A stretch of DNA of 64,000 nt from an archaeon (GTDB lineage Archaea; Nanobdellota; Nanobdellia; Pacearchaeales; GW2011-AR1): positions 101,297 through 165,296 of the forward strand of contig JAJRTJ010000003.1 in the NCBI GenBank assembly GCA_024278335.1. Reading direction: 5' to 3'. How positions within the stretch are numbered: the first letter of the stretch is position 1; each line of letters starts with the position of its first letter. Both the position numbers and the translations under genes were made by a program. Positions 1 to 8,747 of this stretch are shown here, one piece after another. The notes under the pieces were generated by a model that worked only from the letters and a program-made list of their open reading frames with translations, had not been told where the DNA came from and did not search any database.

Positions 1-1
1 A

Positions 2-274
2 AAAGCCCATCTTGTAGAAGTTCCTTTAATTATCCCCCTTGATGATGTTGCTTTAAATACTGTTCGATTAAAAGTAGATGAAAATGCCTGTGAAAGAAGA
101 CAAAGATATTTACCTCAAATAGCAAAATTTGAAACTACTCCAGAATATCTCTCTTTTTTGCAAGATGTTGCTTCTTTTGTTGGAGTAGACCCCTCAACTG
201 TTGGGCCAGTGAATTTTGGAAGAATTTCTGAAAGTTTATCTAAGTATCTTTCAAGGCCAAACAGCTCACAATAA
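2..274 (+). CDS. C-terminal end of an unidentified protein (gene runs off the left edge)
   Basis: Frame 2 is open from the window edge to TAA at 272-274. No family recognised from the ~90 residues. Confidence 0.3.
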   Translation, partial: KAHLVEVPLIIPLDDVALNTVRLKVDENACERRQRYLPQIAKFETTPEYLSFLQDVASFVGVDPSTVGPVNFGRISESLSKYLSRPNSSQ

Positions 275-304
275 TTTTATTAACTCTTATTCTCTTTTAT
301 TTCT

Positions 305-1777
305 ATGTCAGAAATTGATTATAAAAAAATTAAATTTAAGGCAGGATTGGAAATTCATCAGCAATTAGATAGTCATAAATTGTTTTGTTCTTGTCCTTCT
401 GTTTTAAGAAAAGATGAGCCAGATTTTGAGGTGCAGAGGAAACTTCATGCTGTTGCAGGAGAGTCTGGAGAGATTGATGAAGCTGCTTGTTTCCAGGCAA
501 AGTTGAATAAGGATTTTGTTTATCAAGGTTATGATACAACTTGCTTAGTTGAGTTAGACGAAGAACCTCCACATGAGATAAATTTAGAGGTCTTGAAAAT
601 TGCTGTTCAGATTGCTTTGTTAATGAATTGCAAGATTCTTCCAATTACCCAAATTATGAGAAAGACGGTAATTGACGGCTCTAATCCTTCTGGTTTTCAG
701 AGAACTGTGATGATTGGTTATGGGGGACATTTGAATACTTCTGAAGGTGAAGTTGGAATTGATGCAATTATGTTAGAAGAAGATGCAGCGAGAATTATTG
801 AACGCTGGGAAAAAAAGGAGATTTATCGTTTAGACAGGCTGGGAATTCCTTTGGTTGAAGTTGTAACCTCTCCTGACATTAAAAATCCAAAACATGCTCA
901 AGAAGTTGCCTTGATAATCGGAGATATTTTAAGAAGCTGTAAAGTTAGAAGAGGTCTTGGAACAATCAGGCAGGATATCAGCATTTCCGTCAATGATGGT
1001 AACCGGGTTGAACTTAAGGGAGTTCAGGATATTAATTTACTTCCTACAACAGTAAAAAATGAAGTTGAAAGACAGTTAAAATTAGAGGAGCAAAAAAAAC
1101 CTGTTCAGCCAGAAGTTAGAAATGCTTTGCCTAATGGAAATAGTGAATTTTTGCGGCCAATGCCTGGTTCTGCAAGAATGTATCCTGAAACAGATGTTCC
1201 TTTATTAAAAATTTCTCGGGAATTTATTAATGAGGCTAAAAAAACTCTTCCTCGGCTAAAGAGTGAGGAAGAAGCAGAGCTTAGAAAAGAAGGATTGAGT
1301 CAGGAAATGATTAAGATTTTATTTAAGCAAAACAAGTTAAAAGATTATAAAGAATTATATGAAATCTATCCAAAACCAATCTTTATTGCAAAAGTTTTAT
1401 TTTTATTTACAAAGGAGATTATTTCAAAAAGTAATTCGGCACAAAAGGCAGGTGTTCCCTCAAGTGTGAAAGCTGGGGGCAAAGAAAAACTTTCACAAGA
1501 GGAATTGGTCTTTATTATCCAGGCTTTGAAAGAAAAAAAGATTTCTGAATCAGAAGTCAAGGAAGTAATGAAAAGAATTTATGAGGGGGTGGAACTGGAA
1601 AAAGCAATTAAGTTTGAAAAAGTAGATTTGGGAGATATTGAAGAAAAAATTATGAAATTAGTTAAAGAAAAACCTGGATTAAATGCTAATGCTTATATGG
1701 GACTTGTGATGAAAGAGTTTAAGGGACAGGTTAATGGAAAAGAGGCTATGGAAATAATTAAAAAGTATTCTAAATAA
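305..1777 (+). CDS. gatE: Glu-tRNA(Gln) amidotransferase subunit E (archaeal GatE)
   Basis: GLEIHQQLDSHKLFCSC, TCLVELDEEPPH and MRKTVIDGSNPSGFQRT blocks fit GatE rather than GatB as I recall the families. Confidence 0.8.
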   Translation: MSEIDYKKIKFKAGLEIHQQLDSHKLFCSCPSVLRKDEPDFEVQRKLHAVAGESGEIDEAACFQAKLNKDFVYQGYDTTCLVELDEEPPHEINLEVLKIAVQIALLMNCKILPITQIMRKTVIDGSNPSGFQRTVMIGYGGHLNTSEGEVGIDAIMLEEDAARIIERWEKKEIYRLDRLGIPLVEVVTSPDIKNPKHAQEVALIIGDILRSCKVRRGLGTIRQDISISVNDGNRVELKGVQDINLLPTTVKNEVERQLKLEEQKKPVQPEVRNALPNGNSEFLRPMPGSARMYPETDVPLLKISREFINEAKKTLPRLKSEEEAELRKEGLSQEMIKILFKQNKLKDYKELYEIYPKPIFIAKVLFLFTKEIISKSNSAQKAGVPSSVKAGGKEKLSQEELVFIIQALKEKKISESEVKEVMKRIYEGVELEKAIKFEKVDLGDIEEKIMKLVKEKPGLNANAYMGLVMKEFKGQVNGKEAMEIIKKYSK

Positions 1778-1785
1778 GTTTTTAT

Positions 1786-3090
1786 ATGGATATGCAGAAA
1801 CTTCAGAAGAATCGGACTTTAATTAAAGATGCTTTTGATTCTAAAAAAAGTGTTGAGCTTACCGGATGGGTTTATGATACTCGGGCATTGGGGAAAATTA
1901 AGTTTCTTGTCTTAAGGGATGTTTCTGGAGAAATTCAAATTACTGCAGTGAAAGGAAAAGTTGCAGATGGGATTTTTAAGAAGCTTGATAAGGTATCTAG
2001 AGAAAGTGTTGTTTATGTAAGGGGAACTTTAAAAGAATCAAAACAAGCTCCAGGAGGAAAAGAACTTATTCCAGAGAAATTTGAAGTAATTGCAAAGGCA
2101 GAGGAATTACCAATAGATGTTTCTGATTTTTCTAAAACAGAGCTTCCAAAAAGATTAGATAATAGATTTTTAGATTTGCATAGAAAAAGGATTCAGGCTA
2201 TTTTTAAAATTCAATCAACAATTTCAATGGCTTTTAGACAACACTTTATTGAAAAAGGATTTATTGAATTTCAGCCTCCGTCAATTATTGGAGCTTCAAG
2301 TGAAGGAGGAACAGATTTATTTGAGGCAAAATATTTTGAAAAAAAAGCATTTCTTGCGCAATCCCCTCAGTTGTATAAACAAATGATTGCCTGTTCTATG
2401 GAAAAGGCAATGACAATCACTCCTGTTTGGAGAGCAGAAAAGCATAATACAATCAGGCATTTAAATGAGTGCAGACAGATGGATATTGAAATGGGGTTTG
2501 CAGATGCTTTTGTTGTAATGAAGCAAATTGAAGAAGTTGTTCAATATATTGTTAAGGAAGTTATTGAGAAAAATAAAGAAGAGCTGGAGTTGCTTGGAGT
2601 TAGGTTAAAAATTCCAAAAGCAAAATATATGACTTTTGCTGAAGTTGCAAAATTAATGAAAGAGCAGGGAGTTCATGTAGGCAAAGATGATTTAAGTGGA
2701 GAAGCAGAGAAAAAACTTGACGAATTATTTCCAGATACAATTGTTTTTGTTCATGATTGGCCTCTTTCAGGGAAGCCCTTTTATATTATGCCAAAAGGAG
2801 AAAAAGCAGATGCTGAATTAAGCGAGGGGTTTGACGCAATTTATAAAGGTATGGAAATTTCTTCTGGAGGACAAAGAATTCATCTTCCCGATTTATTAAT
2901 TGAAAGATTGAAAGCAAAGGGATTGAATCCAGTTGATTTTAAGGATTATGTTGACAGCTTTAGATATGGGGCTCCTCCTCACGGGGGTTGGAGCATTGGT
3001 TTAGAGAGATTTACTCAAGTTTTATTGGGATTGGAGAATATCCGGGAAGCAGTTATGTTTCCAAGAGATAGAGACCGGCTAAGTCCTTAG
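1786..3090 (+). CDS. aspS: Aspartyl-tRNA synthetase, archaeal type (class II)
   Basis: N-terminal OB fold, then QSPQLYKQ, WRAEKHNTIRHLNE and GGWSIGLERF class II motifs. 434 aa. Starts 9 nt after gatE. Confidence 0.8.
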   Translation: MDMQKLQKNRTLIKDAFDSKKSVELTGWVYDTRALGKIKFLVLRDVSGEIQITAVKGKVADGIFKKLDKVSRESVVYVRGTLKESKQAPGGKELIPEKFEVIAKAEELPIDVSDFSKTELPKRLDNRFLDLHRKRIQAIFKIQSTISMAFRQHFIEKGFIEFQPPSIIGASSEGGTDLFEAKYFEKKAFLAQSPQLYKQMIACSMEKAMTITPVWRAEKHNTIRHLNECRQMDIEMGFADAFVVMKQIEEVVQYIVKEVIEKNKEELELLGVRLKIPKAKYMTFAEVAKLMKEQGVHVGKDDLSGEAEKKLDELFPDTIVFVHDWPLSGKPFYIMPKGEKADAELSEGFDAIYKGMEISSGGQRIHLPDLLIERLKAKGLNPVDFKDYVDSFRYGAPPHGGWSIGLERFTQVLLGLENIREAVMFPRDRDRLSP

Positions 3091-3112
3091 AATTAAAAGG
3101 AGGTAAAATAAG

Positions 3113-3226
3113 ATGTGTTGCGGAGATTGTGAATCTGAAGAAAAACCTGCAGAAGAATCTAATGAATCTTCTGAAGAGTCAGAAGAAAGCTCTGAAAGTT
3201 CAGGTAAAGAAAGCTCGTGTCATTAA
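3113..3226 (+). CDS. 37-aa acidic Ser/Glu-rich peptide with Cys clusters at both ends (hypothetical)
   Basis: ATG 8 nt after AGGAGGT. Sequence MCCGDCESEEKPAEESNESSEESEESSESSGKESSCH. Too short for the ORF track. Confidence 0.25.
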   Translation: MCCGDCESEEKPAEESNESSEESEESSESSGKESSCH

Positions 3227-3306
3227 TTGAATTTATTTTATTTTTTTTCTTTTTAAGGCATTTAAATTATCAAATAACTTATAAATCCCAACTAACTCTG
3301 TTTTTT

Positions 3307-3570
3307 ATGGAAGATTTTATTTTTCATAGAATAGGCGAACAAGAGAAAGAAGAGATTAAGAAAAAAGCTAAACAGATAATGGATTCTTTTTCTAAAAAAC
3401 TTTCTAAGATTGATGAGACAGGTGAAGAGCCTTTTGTTGAAAGAGAAAATTGCGAAAGAGAGGAAGGAGAAGGGAAATGCGAAGAGTTGGACAGAGACCT
3501 AATGTTTGAGAATGCTCCTGAAAAAAATAAGGATTTTATTATTGCTGAAAAAGGGGGATGGGAAGAATGA
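3307..3570 (+). CDS. GatC-like small protein (possible amidotransferase subunit C)
   Basis: C-terminal RDLMFENAPEKNKDFIIAEKG resembles the GatC (R/E)D..(L)..NAP....F.V(P)K tail. Start moved to the internal ATG, because the track N-terminus is Phe/Leu-rich and looks spurious. Confidence 0.4.
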   Translation: MEDFIFHRIGEQEKEEIKKKAKQIMDSFSKKLSKIDETGEEPFVERENCEREEGEGKCEELDRDLMFENAPEKNKDFIIAEKGGWEE

Positions 3571-3640
3571 AGGGATTAAAAGAATTTAGAAAACAGATTG
3601 ATGAAATTGATGCCATAATTTATCTAGCGAGGTTTAGGAA

Positions 3641-4054
3641 ATGTTTGAAGGGAAATTTATAGTTGCTTCAGGTTCTGTTATTTTAGAAGAAGGGAAATTA
3701 ATGGTAAATAGGGATGATAAAGATGATTTTTATAAACTTCCTGGAGGAACAATTGAAGAAGGGGTGGAAGATTTGGAAGAAGCTTGCCATAGAGAATTTT
3801 TTGAAGAAAATAATGGGAAAATTGAGATAATTAGGCCATTGCATCCCGTGCTTATTTGGAAAAATCCTCAAACAAAGGAGAAGATGGCAATCTTGCTGAT
3901 TCATTATCTTGCTAAACTATTAAATAAAGAGGAAGTTCGACCAAAAGGAGAAATTAAGGAGATTGCCTGGCTTCCTGTGAAAGAAATTAAGGAAGGCAGA
4001 CACCGGGTGGCGCCTAATATAAAATTTTTAATTGAGAAGAGAGATATCAAATGA
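3641..4054 (+). CDS. Nudix hydrolase
   Basis: Nudix box GGTIEEGVEDLEEACHREFFEENNG (GX5EX7REUXEEXGU). Confidence 0.8.
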   Translation: MFEGKFIVASGSVILEEGKLMVNRDDKDDFYKLPGGTIEEGVEDLEEACHREFFEENNGKIEIIRPLHPVLIWKNPQTKEKMAILLIHYLAKLLNKEEVRPKGEIKEIAWLPVKEIKEGRHRVAPNIKFLIEKRDIK

Positions 4055-4344
4055 AAACTCTAAAAAGTTCAAAAAAAATGATATTAAATGGAACAGAGAA
4101 TAATGGAATTAGACATAGATATAATTTTGATAAAATTAAAAGCTTTAAAAGAGAATTTTTGCTTCTTATGGAAAGTTTAGGTTTTGATAGGCAAAAGATT
4201 AATGATAAGTTTGTTGTTAAAGAGTATATTGATACAGAAGAAGGGGAAACAGAAAAAATTTGGGTTAAAGAAGTGACTGATTTTATAGATGTTTGTTGGT
4301 TTTTTAAAAATAAGGAATATGAAGTAGATATTTTTTTGGAATGA
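4051..4344 (+). CDS. Hypothetical protein
   Basis: 97-aa ORF whose ATGA start overlaps the Nudix gene stop. No family recognised. Confidence 0.4.
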   Translation: MKTLKSSKKMILNGTENNGIRHRYNFDKIKSFKREFLLLMESLGFDRQKINDKFVVKEYIDTEEGETEKIWVKEVTDFIDVCWFFKNKEYEVDIFLE

Positions 4345-4520
4345 AGAAAGTTATAATTTTAATAAGAACAGATCAAAAAATCAAAAGAGAAAGAAGGAGA
4401 AACATGTTAGATAATTTAGAGAAAAGGTCTGAGTGGATTTCTGAGAAAGAAAAGGAAAAGCGGAGGAATAAAAATAAGGAAGTAATTGAGATTAAATCTG
4501 AAGCAATTAAAGTAAAATGA
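4341..4520 (+). CDS. Hypothetical basic 59-aa protein
   Basis: ATGA overlaps at both ends (4341-4344 and 4517-4520) link it to the flanking genes. Lys/Arg/Glu-rich. Below the track size cutoff. Confidence 0.3.
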   Translation: MKKVIILIRTDQKIKRERRRNMLDNLEKRSEWISEKEKEKRRNKNKEVIEIKSEAIKVK

Positions 4521-5842
4521 AAACAACAGAAAAATTAAAGAAATATTTGGAGAAAATCAAAAAACAAGACAAGGAAATAAATTCTTTTATAGAGTTAAGA
4601 GATGAAAAGGAATTGATGAAAGAGGCAGAAGAGATTGATAAAAAAATTTCTTCTGGAAAAGCAGGCAAGTTGGCGGGAAAGATTATTGGGGTAAAAGCAA
4701 ATATTAATGTCCTTGGAATGACTGCTTCTTGTGCTTCCAAGGTTCTTGAAAATTATAAATCTACTTATGATGCAATTGCTATTAAAAAAATAAAAGATGA
4801 AGACGGTTTAATTATTGGAATGTGTAATATGGATGAATTTGCATGCGGGGCATCTGGAGAGACAAGTGCTTTTGGTCCGACAAAAAATCCCATTAACAAA
4901 AAATTTATTACTGGAGGGACAAGTTCAGGAAGTGCAGCTGCTGTTGCGGCAGGTTTTTGTGATGTGGCCTTGGGAAGTGATACTGGAGGCTCGATAAGAA
5001 ATCCTGCCTCTCACTGCGGAGTTGTTGGAGTTAAACCAAGTTATGGAGCTGTTTCAAGATATGGTTTAATTGATATGTGCATGAGTTTTGACCAGATTGG
5101 TCCTTTGACAAAAAATGTGGAAGATTCTGCATTACTTTTTGAAGTTATTAGAGGAAGAGATGAAAATGACTCAATTAGTCAAGAAGGGATTTTTAATTTT
5201 AAAGAAATTTTTCAAATTCCTAAAGGTTTGAAAGTTGGCTTGTTAAAAATTAAGGGAGTTGAGCCAGAAATTCAGAATTTAATTGAAAATAAATTGAAAG
5301 AGGTTTCAGAGAAAAAATGGTGGAATGTTGAAGAAGTTAAACTTAAGCATATTGATTTAGCAATTGAAACTTATTATCCAATTGTTTATACAGAGTTTTT
5401 TTCTGGAACAAGGAAGTTTGATGGCAGAAGATATGTAAAAAAAATTGAAGATGCATGCGGTCCAGAAGTTTTAAGAAGGATTCTTGGGGGGAACGAGATT
5501 ACTAAGGCAGAGCATGGGGGAAGATATTATAACAAAGCCTTGAAAGCAAAAAAGATTATTGAAAAAGAGTTTGAAGAAGCATTTAAGAAATTTGACTGCA
5601 TTGTTTGTCCGACTGTGCCAAGATTACCTCATAAGATTGGAGAAAAAATCTCTGTTGAAAAAATGTATGCTTATGATGTTTTAACTAGTCCAGTAAATCT
5701 CGCAGGAAGTTGTGCAATTTCTCTTCCTATTGGGAAATTAAAAGAAGAGAATGTTGAATTGCCTGTTGGTATGCAAATTATCTGCAATAAATTTGAAGAA
5801 CAGAAAATGTTTCAAATTGCTAAGGCTATTGAAGAACTATAG
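4517..5842 (+). CDS. gatA: Amidase-signature protein, Glu/Asp-tRNA amidotransferase subunit A
   Basis: GGTSSGSAAAVAAG and GSDTGGSIRNPAS amidase signature. 441 aa. Confidence 0.8.
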   Translation: MKTTEKLKKYLEKIKKQDKEINSFIELRDEKELMKEAEEIDKKISSGKAGKLAGKIIGVKANINVLGMTASCASKVLENYKSTYDAIAIKKIKDEDGLIIGMCNMDEFACGASGETSAFGPTKNPINKKFITGGTSSGSAAAVAAGFCDVALGSDTGGSIRNPASHCGVVGVKPSYGAVSRYGLIDMCMSFDQIGPLTKNVEDSALLFEVIRGRDENDSISQEGIFNFKEIFQIPKGLKVGLLKIKGVEPEIQNLIENKLKEVSEKKWWNVEEVKLKHIDLAIETYYPIVYTEFFSGTRKFDGRRYVKKIEDACGPEVLRRILGGNEITKAEHGGRYYNKALKAKKIIEKEFEEAFKKFDCIVCPTVPRLPHKIGEKISVEKMYAYDVLTSPVNLAGSCAISLPIGKLKEENVELPVGMQIICNKFEEQKMFQIAKAIEEL

Positions 5843-5876
5843 AAAGCCTTAAAATAAGCGATTTGATTTTAGCTTT

Positions 5877-6872
5877 ATGAAAATTAATCAGAAACAAGCT
5901 AAACAGTTTCTTGAAAATATTCAATCAAAAGAAAAAGTTGCGATTGTTCATCATGATGATTTAGATGGATTTGCTTCAGGAATTTTAATCTTTGATTATT
6001 TAATTAAAAGAAATATTTCTCCAAAAACTTTTGTCGCCAAAATTGGACCTGAACCGTTTAAAAAACATAGTTTAAAGAATTCTGAAAAAATAATTATTGT
6101 TGATTTGGCTGATGATGTTATTGTAAAAGATTTGGTTGAAATAAAGGAAAAAGATATTTTAGTAATTGACCACCACCCGAAGAATTGTAATCTTCCTGAA
6201 AAAATTTTAGAATTTAATCCAGCCGAGGAAGGATATTTTCCCTGTTCAAGAGTATGTTATGAGTTGATTGGAGGAAAACAATGGCTAGCAGTTTTGGGAG
6301 TTTTAGCAGACAAGGGAGATAAATACTTAGAAAATGATTCTTTTTTGGCAAAGTTTTTTGAAAAAGAAAAAGTAAAGAAAGAAGAGTTTTCTGAAATAGT
6401 GAAATCATTAATTTGTTACTTAGTCTCCTTTTAAAAAAACCCCCAAAAAGCATTTGCTCCATTAAGGAGTTTAGAAGCCTATAAAGATTTACACTTATTG
6501 AAAAAATATTATGGGTCTGTTCAAGAAGAAGTTGATATTTTTAAAAAAGATTTTGAAGTTAATCGAGAGGGGGCAGGAAATGTTTTCTTTTATTATTTTG
6601 AACCAAAGCATAAAATTAAACGACCTCTTGCCCATGAAATTGGAGAAAAATACGTAGACAAAATTTTAATTTTTGTTTCTCCTTCTTTCTCTTTTGATTT
6701 TTTGAGTCTCACAGGAAGAAATGCTTTCAAGGGAATTAGTGCACTAGAAGTTTTACAAAGAGGAATTGGGAGCTTAAAAAATGCCAAAGTTGGGGGACAC
6801 CCAAGAGGATGCGGGGGAATCATTCAATTAAAGGATTTTTTAAAATTTAAACAAAATATTTTGAAAGCTTAA
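5877..6872 (+). pseudogene. DHH/DHHA1 phosphoesterase (RecJ/NrnA-like) interrupted by one in-frame TAA
   Basis: The 5877-6434 ORF carries the DHH motifs (HHDDLDG, VIDHHP). The 6498-6872 ORF carries a DHHA1-like GGHPRGCGG. Both are in the same frame, with a single TAA at 6432-6434 and open frame between them. Confidence 0.6.
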
Positions 6873-6896
6873 ATTTTTAAATAAATTTAATTTTGT

Positions 6897-7574
6897 GTGA
6901 ATATGGAAATAGGTAAAAAACAAATTCAAATTAATTGGTTAGGTCATGCAGGATTCAAGATTAAAAATAATTGTGTTATTTATATTGACCCTTATCGGAT
7001 TGAAAATGACTCTGAAAAAGCAGATTTGATTTTATTAACTCATTCTCATTATGACCATTGCAGTATTGAAGATATAGAAAAAATTGCTAAAACTGGAACA
7101 ACTATTGTGGCTCCTGCAGATTGCCAGAGTAAAATTGCACGGATTAAAACTCCTCTAAACTTTGAGTTTGTTGAGCCTGAAATGGATTTTTCTTTTGGAG
7201 ACGTTAAGGTTTTAACTTTGCCTGCATATAATATTAATAAGCCTTTTCACACAAAAGAAGAGCATCTTGTGGGGTATGTTATTAAAATTGAAGATGTAGT
7301 CATTTATCATGCTGGAGACACCGACAAAATTCCTGAAATGCAAAAGATAACTGGGCATAAGCAACCAGAGACAGAGCTTGTTTTGCTTTTGCCTGTTGGA
7401 GGGAGATTTACTATGTGCTCTGAAGAAGCTGCAGATGTTGCAAAAGAAATTAAGCCAAACCTTGCAATACCAATGCACTATGGCTCTATTGTTGGGACAA
7501 AAAAAGATGCAGAATATTTTAAGGAGCTTTGTGAAGAGGCAGGCGTTAAGGCAGAGATTTTGGAAAAAGAATGA
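6897..7574 (+). CDS. Metallo-beta-lactamase-fold hydrolase
   Basis: LLTHSHYDHC metal-binding motif, with later HAGD and H residues. Confidence 0.75.
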   Translation: MNMEIGKKQIQINWLGHAGFKIKNNCVIYIDPYRIENDSEKADLILLTHSHYDHCSIEDIEKIAKTGTTIVAPADCQSKIARIKTPLNFEFVEPEMDFSFGDVKVLTLPAYNINKPFHTKEEHLVGYVIKIEDVVIYHAGDTDKIPEMQKITGHKQPETELVLLLPVGGRFTMCSEEAADVAKEIKPNLAIPMHYGSIVGTKKDAEYFKELCEEAGVKAEILEKE

Positions 7575-8031
7575 AAATTGGAATAATTGGGTCGAGTAAA
7601 TTAAGGGGGTTGCAGAGACTATTGCTAAATCTGGACATGAAGTTTGTTTAACTCCAGATAAAGGTTCTACAAGCGAGGCTTTTGCTAAAGTATATTTGGA
7701 AGAAGGAGGAAAGAAAGTTTTTGTTATTGCTATGATAGATGATAAAGAGTTTGGTTTTGATTGGTTGAATTTAGATATTGGAGAAATAATTAATTGCGGA
7801 ACATGGAGAAACCAACCAGGGAGATTAAATGAGGAAACAGATGTTTTAATTTGTCTTGGTTATTCTGCAGGAGGACTAGCAGAGATTGCTTATACAAAGT
7901 GGTTTAAACCAAAGAAGGTTTATGTTGTCAAGGAGTTAGTTAGTAGGGAGCTTCCCGAAGAGATTAATTTAGATTTGAAGTATGTCTGGATTAAAGAGTT
8001 GGAGGAAGAATTGGATAAAATTATATCTTAA
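7571..8031 (+). pseudogene. Rossmann-fold protein (TIGR00725/LOG-like) with a frameshift near 7595-7610
   Basis: MKIGIIGSSK starts at an ATGA overlap (7571) but stops at 7649. The rest of the protein (KGVAETIAKSGHEVCLTPDKGS...GYSAGGLAEIAY) continues in another frame and matches track ORF 7696-8031. Confidence 0.45.
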
Positions 8032-8069
8032 ATCAAAAACCTTAAAATCATCTTTCTTTTTCTTTTTTC

Positions 8070-8687
8070 ATGAATAGATTTCAACAACGCAAAAAAGATG
8101 TTTTAGCTAAACAGGATAAATCTTCAATTGGTTTTTGGGATAAAAGGATTTCTAAATTATGTGAGAAGATAAATTCTTTTGAAGAGTATTATACTACTTC
8201 GTCATGTTCTGGAAGGGTTGTTTTAATGATTGATCAAGAGAAGAAAGGTCCGGGATTGTTTGAGTTTGTTAGTCATGATGTTGTGGGTTTTGAAGAGTTG
8301 TGGAAGGAAATTAAGAAATTAAGTTTAAAAGACAAGGTTAAATTCAAACAAAATCAAAACAGGAAATTTTTCATTTGTCCAAATTTGTCATACAAATTTA
8401 AACAAGAACCTCCCATAATCCATGTTGCTTGTAAGGACTTGAAAAATGCTGAAATTATTTTAAAGATTGGAAGAAAAGCTGGTTGGAAAAAGTCAGGAAT
8501 CCTTTCTCTTGGAAAAAATATTATTGTTGAATTAAATTGCAGTTGGAGATTAGAATTTCCTTTAATAAAAGGAGGGAGGCTCTTGGGGGGAGGGTTTGTT
8601 AAAGAAGTTGTAAATAAGGTGAATTGGAATTTGAGAAGGGGGTGGCGAGCAATTTCTCGTTTGGAGGAGGAGATAGAAAAATTTTGA
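8070..8687 (+). CDS. taw3: tRNA wybutosine/wyosine synthesis protein Taw3/TYW3-like methyltransferase
   Basis: YYTTSSCSGRVVLM motif typical of the TYW3 family. Confidence 0.65.
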   Translation: MNRFQQRKKDVLAKQDKSSIGFWDKRISKLCEKINSFEEYYTTSSCSGRVVLMIDQEKKGPGLFEFVSHDVVGFEELWKEIKKLSLKDKVKFKQNQNRKFFICPNLSYKFKQEPPIIHVACKDLKNAEIILKIGRKAGWKKSGILSLGKNIIVELNCSWRLEFPLIKGGRLLGGGFVKEVVNKVNWNLRRGWRAISRLEEEIEKF

Positions 8688-8747
8688 ATTTGGAGAAAAT
8701 GGAAAGGATTAAACATCAAACTAAAGGAGAACGTGATTTTTGTTAAA

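Noticed and set aside
336-644. Antisense track ORFs inside well-supported genes. Examples: 336-644, 1366-1560, 19184-19588, 19745-20068, 20114-20557, 34122-34547, 34774-35175, 41943-42401, 51343-51690.
   Set aside because: Each lies opposite a gene with clear family motifs and has biased, low-complexity composition (Ser/Phe/Leu-rich). These are shadow ORFs typical of AT-rich coding DNA.
3567-3662. 31-codon ORF (MKGLKEFRKQIDEIDAIIYLARFRKCLKGNL) overlapping the GatC-like stop and the Nudix start. It is reminiscent of a chorismate-mutase first helix.
   Set aside because: It is too short to assess, overlaps two better-supported genes, and the similarity is only a vague helix pattern.
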